Below the pieces are notes generated by a model. The model was not told the origin of the DNA, ran no database searches, and worked only from the letters and a program-made list of their open reading frames with translations. From an uncultured Nitrososphaerota archaeon (lineage in GTDB: Archaea > Thermoproteota > Nitrososphaeria > Conexivisphaerales > DTJL01): 64,000 bases of DNA. The first letter of the stretch is position 1. Each line of letters opens with the position of its first letter. The stretch lies in contig CAWJIE010000003.1 in the NCBI GenBank assembly GCA_963842885.1, positions 64,001 to 128,000 of the forward strand, in the 5' to 3' direction. The position numbers and the translations under genes are program-made. Of the stretch, positions 10,838 through 21,238 are shown piece by piece.

Positions 10838-11580
10838 GCGAGCTCTCGGGCTTCTACGCCCTCTGGCAGAGGGAGCTGAAGATTTACCTGAGGGAGCGCT
10901 CGAGGATAGTCTCCTCCGCCATCAACCCCCTTCTCTGGCTCTTCGTCTTCGGGGCTGGGCTGGGCTCTTCGGTGAGCCTGGGGGAGGCCAACTACCAGAC
11001 CTTCATCTACCCGGGGATAATCGTGATGACGGTCATCTTCTCCTCCATCTTCTACGGCGCCTACGTCGTATGGGACAAGAGGCTCGACTTCCTGAAGGAG
11101 GTCCTCGTGGCCCCCATAGGGAGGAGCACGGCCTTCCTCGGCAAGGTGATGGGCGGGACGACGGACGGCGTCATACAGGCCACTATAATGCTCATTCTTG
11201 CGCCCATCTTCGGCGTGAAGGCGGGGCTCACATTCGCACTCGTATACCTGTTCCTCTTCGTCCTGGTCGTGGGGCTTGTGAGCGTCGGGCTCATCATCGG
11301 CTCCATGATGGAGTCCCCTGAGGGCTTCGGCCTGCTGAGCAGCTTTGTCACTTTCCCACTCTTCTTCCTTTCCGGAGCCCTGTTCCCGCTTACGAACCTG
11401 CCCCCCTGGCTTTCGGCCTTCACCAAGTTGAATCCAGTGACCTACGGCGTGGACGCCATCCGCGGGCTGATGCTGGGAACCTATGCCTTCGGGCTCCCGA
11501 CGGACTTTGCGGTGCTGGCCGGGTTCGCGCTGGCCATGATAGCCCTGGGGACCCTAGCCTTCAGAAGGATGAAGTTGTGA
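10834..11580 (+). CDS. ABC-2 type permease
   Basis: ATGA overlap with the ATPase gene; FLKEVLVAP, FFLSGALFP, NPVTYGVDAIR. Confidence 0.93.
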   Translation: MSELSGFYALWQRELKIYLRERSRIVSSAINPLLWLFVFGAGLGSSVSLGEANYQTFIYPGIIVMTVIFSSIFYGAYVVWDKRLDFLKEVLVAPIGRSTAFLGKVMGGTTDGVIQATIMLILAPIFGVKAGLTFALVYLFLFVLVVGLVSVGLIIGSMMESPEGFGLLSSFVTFPLFFLSGALFPLTNLPPWLSAFTKLNPVTYGVDAIRGLMLGTYAFGLPTDFAVLAGFALAMIALGTLAFRRMKL

Positions 11581-11986
11581 GAGCCCTCTGGCTTCGCACT
11601 GGAAAGGCCCCACCCCGACGGAGGTCATCTGCACGAGACCCGCTCGCCCCGGGCCGTTTCCTGCCTGTATGGGGGCTCATCTTCCCGCCCCCGAACAAGG
11701 CCGACGAACCGACCAGCAGACGCACATGCGACGTCAGCAATTTGTGACAGGGCGGACCTGACGCTACTGTGGTTAGGAGCGCCCACGGCGTCAAAGAGAG
11801 CACCTCCATGCTGGTGGGTGGCGCAGGATAGCCGCTGCCGGCGGAGGACCAGACGTGACACATCCTGTGTGCTTTGCAATATTCCACGGCAGATCATAAA
11901 CCTTATTAAGGTATTATCTCGATAGTTAAGAGGCTCCGATAAAACAGGTCCGATTCTAGTGATTCTGGAGAGGGGGAGCGTCAGGA

Positions 11987-12421
11987 TTGCAGAGGAAACA
12001 ACACAAAGAATGGCCTGAACTGGTAGGCCCGCCTGACCCTCAGGTGGGCGCCGTCGGTGTCGTCAAGCTTCTGGACGTTCAGGTCGACGGCATCACCTCC
12101 CCTAGGCTGCGCCACGTAATCAAGAGGTACCTGAGGAGGACGGGGTTCCGTGACCTGGTCGTTGAGCACCTGCCCGGCGAGGACTACACGAGCCTTCGAC
12201 TTGTTGCGCGAGGTCGTCCCGTCCTGCCCCTCAGCTCGGAGCAGCTCGAAAGGATCTTCTACCTCTACGACTCCGTCCTTTACCTCCTGGTCGGCAGGGC
12301 TATGGGGCCGCTTCCCCTTACGACGGCGGCGGACGCGGAGTCCCTGAGGCTTCTGCTGGCCAAGGAGGACCCAGACCTGCGCAAGGCATACTACGGGCAA
12401 TCTCCCGCGCCACAACTCTGA
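11987..12421 (+). CDS. Hypothetical protein, RHVIKRYL-family paralog 1
   Basis: Full-length similarity to 13866-14282 and 58891-59271; SD-like GGAGAGGGGGAG upstream. Confidence 0.85.
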   Translation: MQRKQHKEWPELVGPPDPQVGAVGVVKLLDVQVDGITSPRLRHVIKRYLRRTGFRDLVVEHLPGEDYTSLRLVARGRPVLPLSSEQLERIFYLYDSVLYLLVGRAMGPLPLTTAADAESLRLLLAKEDPDLRKAYYGQSPAPQL

Positions 12422-12428
12422 AGCGATT

Positions 12429-12635
12429 TCACCTATTGGATGCCCTTTTCCTGGCTTTCATAAGAGGAGCGAAATAGGCCCCGAACGTCTTGCCATACTT
12501 CGCCTTGAAGCATCCATCGAAATACTCCCTGTCCTCCTTCTTGGAGTGCCTGTAGAAGTCCAAGACCTTCACGAACCTTTCGGCAGTATCGCAGTACCTC
12601 TCCATCACGTACTTGTACTCTGGAGTAATCCCCAT
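12429..12635 (-). CDS. Small aromatic-rich, basic hypothetical protein (68 aa)
   Basis: ATG about 26 nt after a TATA-like GATAAAAA; gene-like codon usage. Confidence 0.6.
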   Translation of the reverse strand: MGITPEYKYVMERYCDTAERFVKVLDFYRHSKKEDREYFDGCFKAKYGKTFGAYFAPLMKARKRASNR

Positions 12636-12869
12636 TCTATCTGATATTACACGGAAGTGGCTTTTTATCCTTGGGGTCCTCCCACCGCGCCTGAATCGAC
12701 GCCATGTCTAGCCCTGACGGCGTGATCCTTTGGGACTCCTACCCTCCTTTTCCCCGACGCAGGTGAGACCTTCAGACAGGAGTCAATGGGCGGCTGGAGG
12801 ACTAGAATGACCGGGCTGAACTCAAGGATTCCCCATCGGTCAGATATCTACCCTATCATGTTCGTGGAG

Positions 12870-13631
12870 CTAAAGCTTTGCGTATGCCTCTACGATGTCG
12901 CGGGCCGTGACGATCCCGACGATCTTGCCGTCCCTCGTCAGGGGGAGCCTCTTGATCTTGTTCTTCTTCATCAGGGTCACAGCCTCCTCCATGGAGGACT
13001 TCAGAGGGGCAGTTATGACGGGCTTGCTACGGTGCTTGCCCACCGGACCTCTGATGTCGGGTGACTTGGCCGTGAGCACCGGGATAAGGTCCCTCTCGGT
13101 GAAGATGCCGTAGCGCCTTTGACGGCGTGTAATCAGTACGCTGCCAATCCTCTTCTCCCTCATCAGCCGCATTACGTCCTGAAGGGGCGTGTCGTAGTTC
13201 ACCCTCTCCACCTCCCCGGTCATGGTCGAGGTGAGCTTGGGCTGCGCACCCCGCGTGAAGGGGAGGCTGTAGGCGAGGTCACTGGCCGTCAGCACGCCGG
13301 CTTTCTTCGTCGATACAAGGAGCAACTTGGCCTTCTCTGACAGCATCAACTTGGCGGCCCCCCGGATCCCTGTCCTGGGCGATATGGTGAAGGAATGAGA
13401 CGAAGCCATGGAGCCGGCGGACGCGGTCCTCAGTTGGTCCATCCTCTCAGGGACGATTCCTAGAACATCCCGCTCGGAGAGAAGGTTGACGTATTCCCCC
13501 TGTCTCTTGATGACCAGATGTCCCACGCGGTGCTGAAGCATGCATTTCAGGGCCTCGAGGATGGGCGTATCGTAGTCGACAGCAACCGGGTGCTTTGTCA
13601 TTACGTCCCGAACTGTCTGGAGCTTTGCCAA
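12870..13631 (-). CDS. Four-CBS-domain protein (two Bateman modules)
   Basis: TVRDVMTKHPV, LSERDVL, GIFTERDLI, IKRLPL...GIVTARDIV. Start taken at TTG 13631, about 25 nt after an AT-rich box. Confidence 0.9.
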   Translation of the reverse strand: MAKLQTVRDVMTKHPVAVDYDTPILEALKCMLQHRVGHLVIKRQGEYVNLLSERDVLGIVPERMDQLRTASAGSMASSHSFTISPRTGIRGAAKLMLSEKAKLLLVSTKKAGVLTASDLAYSLPFTRGAQPKLTSTMTGEVERVNYDTPLQDVMRLMREKRIGSVLITRRQRRYGIFTERDLIPVLTAKSPDIRGPVGKHRSKPVITAPLKSSMEEAVTLMKKNKIKRLPLTRDGKIVGIVTARDIVEAYAKL

Positions 13632-13865
13632 ACCATGTATGGAAGGGGTCCCGTCTCTAATAACGCTTAAGGGCCTTGGCCTCGAGCCTGGCCAGAGAAC
13701 ATCCTCTTCCCTTGACTTGTGGCTCCGTCCCGTATTTCCGTAGTCAGAGCGACGTGGCGCTGACGTTCGCTGGAGCCTGGGAGAGTTATCAAGGGGCGGC
13801 GCAAGGAACAGGAACGCGGCGTGGTTGAAGGCATCCACTGCGGGCTGCAGCCAGCGAAGGGTCGT

Positions 13866-14282
13866 TCAGGCCTTGGTGTGATAGACCGCTCTCAGGCGCG
13901 GCTCCACCTTAGCGAGCTCTGTCCTCAGGAGCTCAGCGTCGGCGTGAGACGGAGGGGGAGGGGCCCGCGTTCCCCCGCCGTTCATGACGAAGGATACGCG
14001 ATCGAAAAGGTAGAAAAGCTTGACCATCTGGTCGGACCCAAGCGGCTCGCCGACGCTCCCTTCCACCTGCAGCCTCATGGAGAACGGGTCCATGTCCGCC
14101 GCGTGGTGCGCCTTCAAGTTATGGAAGCCCACCCTCTTCAGGTACCTCTTTATCACGTGGCGGAACGAGGGGGAAACCATCGCGTCGACCCGGATGTCTA
14201 GGATCCTAACCCGTCCACTTACGCCCACGGATGGTTCCGCCGGAACGAGGCTGACGGCGGGGGCAAAGCTCTTCTGCATCAA
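13866..14282 (-). CDS. Hypothetical protein, RHVIKRYL-family paralog 2
   Basis: ILDIRVDAMVSPSFRHVIKRYLKRVGF; TTG/ATG 33-36 nt after the TATA of operator copy 1. Confidence 0.85.
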   Translation of the reverse strand: MMQKSFAPAVSLVPAEPSVGVSGRVRILDIRVDAMVSPSFRHVIKRYLKRVGFHNLKAHHAADMDPFSMRLQVEGSVGEPLGSDQMVKLFYLFDRVSFVMNGGGTRAPPPPSHADAELLRTELAKVEPRLRAVYHTKA

Positions 14283-14314
14283 ATCCCAACGATTCTGGGT
14301 GGCCTGCACAGTGC

Positions 14315-14346
14315 ATATAACGGATTTCCGGAAAGGTACCCAAATC
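14315..14346 (-). promoter_or_regulatory. Conserved 32-bp operator plus TATA, copy 1
   Basis: GATTTGGGTACCTTTCCGGAAATCCGTTATAT; 20 of 32 positions identical in all four copies. Confidence 0.85.
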
Positions 14347-14580
14347 TATCGCTAACGCTTAGCGAATGACCTAACCCCGGGGAGCCAACACCTGGGACGG
14401 CCCGGACGGTGCGGAGATGCATCAAGGGTTGCGCTAGCCACTCAGCTTGTCTCGAACCTTCTTCAGTGACTCTATGACTTCCTGCTCCGCAATGCTGAAG
14501 AACGTTAGGGGCAGCGACATGGAAATCCCTCGCGCTGCAAGCCGGACGATGATCGTTCCTTTAGAGACGGGAACCCCAAC

Positions 14581-14661
14581 CTAAGAGAAGAGGATAGCAA
14601 GTAGGACGAGGACCAAGAACATGCAGAACAGAAAGATCGCCAGGGCCTTGTACAGATTCAA
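14581..14661 (-). CDS. Putative 26-aa single-TM microprotein
   Basis: MNLYKALAIFLFCMFLVLVLLAILFS*; GGAG upstream; below the ORF-track cutoff. Confidence 0.35.
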   Translation of the reverse strand: MNLYKALAIFLFCMFLVLVLLAILFS

Positions 14662-14897
14662 GAGACAGCGTCACTCCGCCTCACACTCTTCTTCGCCCCT
14701 GCCGTCCGTTCGTCTGGCTTCAATTTGCATGCGCCGCCTCTATGAGGGTTCAAGCATTACAAGAGTTTTCCATCCGTGATCGTCCCGCAACGCCAAATCG
14801 AAGCTTCGCAGGACATCTCGAATTGGCCCTTGCTGGCACGGGTCAACTGCTCACGCTGGGGGTCAGGTGCGGATTAAGCTCGTAGGAACGGGGCCCA

Positions 14898-15272
14898 CTA
14901 TGAGAAGAGGCCTCCCAGGTAGATGGGCGCCGTGAATTCTATCCCTATCACCATGCAGACCAGCCCCGCGATGATGATATACAGTCCCTTGTTTCCTTCC
15001 TCTCTCTTCCAGACCATCGCCCCCAAGATGACGGCGACAGAGCCGAAGATCTCAGGCACAATAAAGAGACTAAGGAAAGCACTCACTATTCCGAAGGCCG
15101 CATACCTGCTCGGCACGACCGCTTGAGAAATGCGGGGTGAAGGAGAAGAGTACGGCATGGGCTGAGGGCTAGGCGAGGCGAAAGGCTGCTGAGGCTGAAG
15201 CGTGGCGCCGCACCTACTGCAGAAGGTGGCCTGTGAAGACACCAGCTCGCCGCAGCTTGGACAGGTAGGCAT
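14898..15272 (-). CDS. Zinc-ribbon membrane protein
   Basis: CPSCG..FCSRCG, a Pro/Gln linker, then TM helices. Confidence 0.85.
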   Translation of the reverse strand: MPTCPSCGELVSSQATFCSRCGATLQPQQPFASPSPQPMPYSSPSPRISQAVVPSRYAAFGIVSAFLSLFIVPEIFGSVAVILGAMVWKREEGNKGLYIIIAGLVCMVIGIEFTAPIYLGGLFS

Positions 15273-15354
15273 GGTTCGACCGGCCTAGCCGAAATCCCTC
15301 CGTCTTTTACGTCTTTCTCCGCATGGGCGAGGCATCAATCCGAGGGCATCGCGC

Positions 15355-15480
15355 ATTGGGAGACCTCGACCCATATTCGTTGGCGTCTTCTATCTAGGTC
15401 CATCTTGCCGTCTTTGTCCTAATCTCTTTGACCAGGCGATGCCCCGGCTTTTTCGCCCTGACCACTGTCTCCTCCCTCAT
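15355..15480 (-). pseudogene. Decayed VOC/glyoxalase fragment, paralog of 36450-36830
   Basis: EETVVRAKKPGHRLVKEIRTKTARWT*IEDAN/IWVEVSQ versus intact DETLGRAKKMGYRVIREIKTKTSRWAYIEDPNGIWVEVFQ. Confidence 0.75.
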
Positions 15481-15865
15481 TGTAAGCGGTTCCGCCACCC
15501 TGGGCGCTGTCCTTACCTTGACCCCTGCCCCGTTTAAGATGCGGTGGCCCTAATGGTCGTCTGGATCGCTCTGATGCTCCTGAGCATCCACCATATGTCC
15601 AGGATAGGAAGACCACGCGCAGGGGCGGGGCCGCCAGGGCCTGACTAGGCGAGCCACCGGCAGAGACCCATCGTCCCACGGTCCGATCTCCATGAGGTCG
15701 GTTCCTCGGCAAGGTGTGTCATGACCACTGGGCTCAGCCGCCGTTCAAGAAGGACAGCGGGGGGCCAAAACGCCCTCGGGTAGGATGAATCAACCTGATC
15801 TGATTTCCCTCCAGGACCAATGACTCTGGACCGTTCAATCTTACCTGCGTGGGCGTCACGATTTC

Positions 15866-16508
15866 CTACGAAGTGACCGCGAAGTGGAGGAGCGTGAGCC
15901 CTCCCCATTCGTCACCGCCGACCAGCGTGTAGAACCCTGGTGCGAAGCTCCTGAAACCCAGGAGGCCGTACTCCCCCGAGAACGTCATCGAGGCGGACAT
16001 GTTCTCAGAGAAGCAGGCCGAGGGCGAGCACGACCCCATCACCGTCGCGTACGCTGCTGGACGGCGAGAAGACGTAGCTCTGTATGGGCATCAGGATCAT
16101 GGGGCAGGCGTACGTCCCCGGCGCATAGAGCTGCAGAGACTCACCGTTCTTCACCTGATCGAGGGTGAGGTTCCCCCTCATTATCACGAAGCCCATAGGG
16201 TAGTTCAGCGAGCCGCATGGCCCCACGCCCATCCCTTGGACGGCCCAGTTCCCCGAGTAGGGGGCGTCCGCCTCGGAGGCCGACGGATTGTACACCCAGA
16301 CGGTGACCGAAACGGACTGCCCTGAGGTATGGAGGTGGCGTTCAAGGACAGGTGCAGCTCCAGGCCGGAGGTCGTCAGGGTGACGCTCGACGTAGACAGA
16401 AAGCTCGATCCCGTCCCGGGTGAGACCGGCGCCAATAAGAAGAGAGCCACCAGAGTCGCGACTACTCCCGCCGTCGCCAACCCATGCGCGACCAAGTCGT
16501 TTGCGCAT
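15866..16508 (-). pseudogene. Membrane-anchored Cys-containing extracellular protein with three frameshifts (likely read errors)
   Basis: N-terminal TM, then GLELHLSLNATSI/QSVSVTV..GPCG..YPMG..YACPMI../..PGFYTLVGGDEWG. Indels near 16501, 16320 and 16050, two of them in homopolymers. Confidence 0.65.
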
Positions 16509-16822
16509 CTATCCCCTCCTTCACTTCCTCCCTACCCTCAAGCCTATTCAGACTAACGTTTAGTACAATCTGTTCAAGTCATATCCGAGGAGTGCAGGTT
16601 GACGCTGACCTTGAAACCCATCCCGTTAGCCTGCAGTTCGATGTCATCGATTGGAAACCGAAGACCCCCTGAGAATGCCGTGCCGAGGAGACGGCCGTGC
16701 AAAGGGCGCGAGCATAGCCGGATGAGGGATGCGGCAGTGTTGTTCTCGCGATGGATGCCTTTCCGTGTTCACGTCGAAGCAAGTTAAATAGGCGAAACTG
16801 CTGGTCCGTCAGCGGCAAGGGA

Positions 16823-17390
16823 ATGGGCGAAGTCCTCAAGATCGAAGGCGGGCGTTGGACGGATTTCTGGTTTACCGACAAGGACGTCCTGCAGATCACT
16901 GTCGCCCCCTCTTCCTACGTCTACGTCTACAACGGCGGCCTTCGTCGCGGTGGCCATCCTGTTGGCCAGGGACTGAACCCGACATTCGTTAACGGAATCA
17001 TAGTGGCAGCGGCCGGCGGCGCCGTCGCCGCCGCGCTCGGCGGCATATTCGGCTCTCTCCTGGCCAACCGCTCTGCCAGTCAGGAGGAGAAGGGAGATCC
17101 TCTCTCTCACATCGGATCAGCTCCGTGCCAAAAGAAGATGGCGATCTAGCGTTCCCTGGAAGGAGATCGAGTCGGTGAAGCTGAGCGGGAAGACGATGAC
17201 GCTCTGCACGGCAAGGTTCAGATGAGGATACTGCTTCCGCCCAAGGCCGTCGTGCCTGCGAGAGAATACGTGTCAGGGAAGCTCGCCGGCAGGCTGGTCA
17301 TCGAACAGAGCGGAACCTCTTCCATGACCAGGCCGAAACTGCCTTCGTCTGGCCGGGGAGACCCAGATCGAATAACCTGGAAGCTGCGGT
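16823..17390 (+). pseudogene. Hypothetical membrane protein with several frameshifts
   Basis: ATG about 32 nt after TTAAATA; coding-like segments alternate frames (…AAALGGIFGSLLA…/…VPWKEIESVKLSG…). Confidence 0.4.
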
Positions 17391-17460
17391 AGTCATACTT
17401 GAATAATACCCTCCTCCCTTTATGAATACGATTATAGCCTAGTGGTGCGATCCACCACTT

Positions 17461-18609
17461 ATGCCAATTCAGACGACGATGACCGGGAGCTGGTTCAGGA
17501 GCCCCGAGATACTGGACCTGGTCCGGCCGGACAACTTGCCCCACGGGTGAGATCTCCGAGGAGCATGCTCTCCGTGGTCGAAGCGGCCGAGAGGGAGGCC
17601 GTCCGCGCCCAGGTGGGCCAGGGCCTGACCTGGGTGAGCAACGGCGAGCAGAGGAAGGCCGGCTACACCTACTACATCCCCAACAGGTTCAGCGGCTTCT
17701 CCAAGACGGAGCGGGCCTCCATGCAGCCCCAGCCCACCCTTATCCAGGAGTTCACGAGTCGAACCCAGCTCTAGCCCACGTCATGTCGGAGATGGGCTCC
17801 TTCTCCCTCCCCAAGATCGAAAGCAGGCTGGTATATACTGGAGAGAGGCTGGCGAGAAGGGAGGCCGAGGACGCTCGACGGCTGGCCCGGGAGGAGGGCG
17901 CGAAGAGGGTCTTCGTCTGCGCCGCCTCGCCTGGCGTCGTCACCGTCTTCTTCCCGAAGGGCGACGCCTACGGGACCCACTACGACTACCTCTTCGACGT
18001 CGCGAAGGAGCTCCGCAAGGAGTACCAGGCGATCCTCGCGGTGGACGGCGTGGACATCCAGCTCGATGCCCCCGACCTCGCCATGGGCAAGCAGACGGCC
18101 ACCTGGGGGGTGGACTTCTACGAAGCGGTCCGCCACCACGTCGACGCCATTAACGAGGCGGTGGCTGGCCTGCCAAGCGAGAGGATAAGGGTGCACTACT
18201 GCTACGGCAACTGGGTCGGGTCTCACAGGTTCGACGCCGACTTCCGGAGGATCCTCCCCGAGCTCCTCCGCCTTAACGCCGGGACGCTGGTGGGCGAGAT
18301 GGCCAACCCCAGGCACGAGAGGGGACGCCCTCATCCTGCGCGGACTACCTGAAGGAGCACGACTGGCCTCGAGGGATGAAGCTGGCGGCAGGGGTCATAG
18401 ACGTCAAGACGCCCATCGTCGAGACCCCCGAGACGGTCGCCATGAGGCTCGCGTTCCTGGCCTCCATGGACAAGCTGGGGCCGGAGAGGGTCCTCGGTGG
18501 GACGGACTGCGGATTCGAGACGTTCGCCGGGATGGGAAACGTCCCCAAAGTCGTCGGCCTTCAGAAGCTGAAGTCCCTTTCGGAGGGGGCGGCCGAGGCT
18601 TCGGGATGA
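17461..18609 (+). pseudogene. Cobalamin-independent methionine synthase II family (core MetE-like) protein, frameshifted (likely read errors)
   Basis: MPIQTTMTGSW, SNGEQR, IQLDAPDL, Zn ligands HYC..E(MANPRHE)..TDCGF, GVIDVK...VETPE. Indels near 17520-17570, 17758 and 18320. Confidence 0.85.
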
Positions 18610-19017
18610 TGCCTCGCAGGGCGGTTCCAGCTTCACCAAAAACGCAGGCTGGGCAAGGCCGTCTTGTGCTTTCGAACTGTGGGCTATGAGGTCTCTTACT
18701 GTCCTTCTTCGATGCGCCGTGTGAAGAGTATGATAGGGAGATTCGACGACGCCGTCGTGCTGTCATATGCCTGGAACTTCCTCGACGATGCAGGGTAGGG
18801 TCTGCGCCGTGACAGGGCAGCTTGAGCCCCGATTTGCCTCCTAGGGTGGCAGGCGCCTCCGGCCAGGCGCCGACAGGAAGAAGGCTCATCTCTTAGCGCG
18901 ACTTCTGTCTGCTCTTTGATTGCCCGTCCGCATAGGCTGCACCAGCAGTGTGGGACGGAGAATGTTCTTATGAGGCCAGGTCCCCATACGATTGGAGAGA
19001 AAGGAGGAGGATGTAAG

Positions 19018-19413
19018 ATGACAGGCTATTTCGGGTCGATCGAGAAGCAGACGCTGAAGAACAGATATTTCAGGCAGGTCTTATTCACGGGGAAGCACGC
19101 GCAGCTGGTCGTGATGTGCCTAAAGGCAGGGGAGGAGATAGGAAACGAAGTGCACCCGAACGTTGACCAGTTCTTCCGGATAGAGACGGGAGAATTCAAG
19201 TTCGTCCTCAACAACGGCAAGGAGACTCACGTCGCGAAGGACGGGGATGCGGTGATCGTGCCGGCCGGGATTTGGCACAACGTAATCAACATGTCGAAGG
19301 GGGAGTCGAAGCTCTACACGGTCTACTCCCCCCCGAACCATCCGGACGGAACCGTCCACAAGACCAAGGCGGAAGCGGAGAAGGCTGAAGAGGAAGAGCA
19401 TAAAGCTAGTTGA
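19018..19413 (+). CDS. Cupin_2 domain protein
   Basis: FRQVLFTG, EEIGNEVH..DQFFRIE.G, VPAGIWHNV, LYTVYSPPNH; strong SD AGGAGG. Confidence 0.9.
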   Translation: MTGYFGSIEKQTLKNRYFRQVLFTGKHAQLVVMCLKAGEEIGNEVHPNVDQFFRIETGEFKFVLNNGKETHVAKDGDAVIVPAGIWHNVINMSKGESKLYTVYSPPNHPDGTVHKTKAEAEKAEEEEHKAS

Positions 19414-19626
19414 GGCAAACGATAGATATCATACGCAACCATAGGCCTGCAAACCCCAATTCCAACGGGCCTTGGACATCTATTGAAGGAAGGAATCACC
19501 ATATCATCAGCTTAAATGGTCGGGTGACGCTGGACAGTCCTCTGTTGTCGTCTGAAGATAGACAGCTAAGACGGCGGCGACTCATCGCAGGCCTCAGGTC
19601 GTCGGAGAAGACGGCGGATGCCGACT

Positions 19627-20337
19627 TCAACGCGTAAGGCTCAGAAGTAGCTTGATCTTGCCGAAGATTGGCTCGACCGGGACGTTGACCTCCACGGTCC
19701 CCAGCGTGGGGACGCCTGTGCTGCCTCCTATGGAGGCTCCGGCCAACGAGCACGCCCACCCTCCCTCCGTCAGCGTCCTCGGGTCGACATCGGAGCGCGC
19801 TGCGACCAGGTAACAGTGTCTTCCCTTCTTGAGCATCTCCTCTCTCTTCTTCCTCTCCTCTTGGAACCTCTCCTGGCTCAGGTCCAGGAGCACCGTCAGC
19901 TCCCCCAAAATGTTCCGGCCACGCTTCAGGGGGAGCGAGTTCCACATCGCGCGGTCGGCTCCCTTCCCTCTTCGCGTCAGATTCAGCTTCTTGAGGCTGT
20001 CCCCCTCAGTGAGGAGCTGAAGCGTCTCGGCGACCAGCCCTACGAAGTACATCTCCGCGGCCGAGTTCATAACCAGCCTGGCTACCTCGTTCTTGCTTTC
20101 GCTCCCGGCGCACTCGCGCAGCCTGAGGAGCATGGAGCGGGTCAGGAGAGAGTTGGACTCGACCACCTCCCACTTCTCTAGGAAGATGGCGTTGAGGGAG
20201 CGCCGCGCCGCCGTGGCGCCCATGTCTCCGCCCGTCCCCTGCATCTCTATCTGGCAGAGCTCGCTCACTTCCTTCTCGAGCGCAATCCTCTCCAGTACCT
20301 TGGGTGAGCTGCCTGCGACAGTCCTCCGGGACATCAT
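19627..20337 (-). CDS. Hypothetical protein
   Basis: 236-aa ORF with gene-like codon bias; no motif recognised. Confidence 0.55.
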   Translation of the reverse strand: MMSRRTVAGSSPKVLERIALEKEVSELCQIEMQGTGGDMGATAARRSLNAIFLEKWEVVESNSLLTRSMLLRLRECAGSESKNEVARLVMNSAAEMYFVGLVAETLQLLTEGDSLKKLNLTRRGKGADRAMWNSLPLKRGRNILGELTVLLDLSQERFQEERKKREEMLKKGRHCYLVAARSDVDPRTLTEGGWACSLAGASIGGSTGVPTLGTVEVNVPVEPIFGKIKLLLSLTR

Positions 20338-20602
20338 GCAGAACGGAGGTTACGGCGGACTTAAGGCGAAAGCCCATCAGGAATTGACTCAGCAGTCAAC
20401 TGGCCGCCGCCCGAGTGGCCATGCCTTTGATCAGAGAGGTCAGGCAGGGACAAGAGACATGTCCAGCTAACCGTTGCACGGGCCACTATGAGAGAGGGTG
20501 GCAGGAGAAGGCAAGGCCCACAGGAGTCAAGGCGAATAGCGGCGACAAGCATTTCAAGGCCGCCGACAAGACGGTCATGATCAAGTGAGAGGGTGTTCAG
20601 GC

Positions 20603-21214
20603 TTGCTATTCATCCAGGTAAAGAAAGCGGGCGACAACTTCTCCTACCTGCTAGCGGACGAGACCACGGAAGAGGTGGCCGTCATCGACCCCAGCAGGAA
20701 TGGGAAGGAGATAGAGAGAATCATCAAGGAGAAGGGCTTCAAGCTTAGGTACATCTTGCTAACGCATCACCATCCGGATCATGTAGGTGACGCGTACGAG
20801 CTGAAAGAGCGCCTCGGCGGGCTCGTGGCGGCCCACAGTCTCTCGAACGCAAAAAAGGATGTGACCCTCGAAGGCGGAGACCTCCTAGAAGTCGGCTCCG
20901 TCCGGCTGGAGATTCTCCACACTCCGGGGCACACCCCCGACAGCATCTCTATTCTGGCCGGCAAGAAGCTGATGACGGGGGATACCCTCTTCGTGGGGGA
21001 GTGCGGGAGGACGGACCTCCCCGGAGGCGACCCCGCGAAGATGTTCGACTCCCTCCTCCGAAAGATATCGGGCCTGGAGGACGACGTGGAAATCTACCCG
21101 GGCCACGACTACGGCCCCAGACCGTCCTCCACCGTGGGGGAGGAGAAGGCGACGAACTTCACCCTGAAGAAGCGGACACTCGGGGAGTTCGTCAGGTTCA
21201 TGGAGGAGCCGTAG
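20603..21214 (+). CDS. MBL-fold metallo-hydrolase (glyoxalase II/ETHE1-like)
   Basis: THHHPDH, HTPGHT, TGDTLF..CGRTD, YPGHDY. Start approximate. Confidence 0.93.
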   Translation: MLFIQVKKAGDNFSYLLADETTEEVAVIDPSRNGKEIERIIKEKGFKLRYILLTHHHPDHVGDAYELKERLGGLVAAHSLSNAKKDVTLEGGDLLEVGSVRLEILHTPGHTPDSISILAGKKLMTGDTLFVGECGRTDLPGGDPAKMFDSLLRKISGLEDDVEIYPGHDYGPRPSSTVGEEKATNFTLKKRTLGEFVRFMEEP

Positions 21215-21238
21215 TCATTCTTCGCCCTCTCCGGGGTC

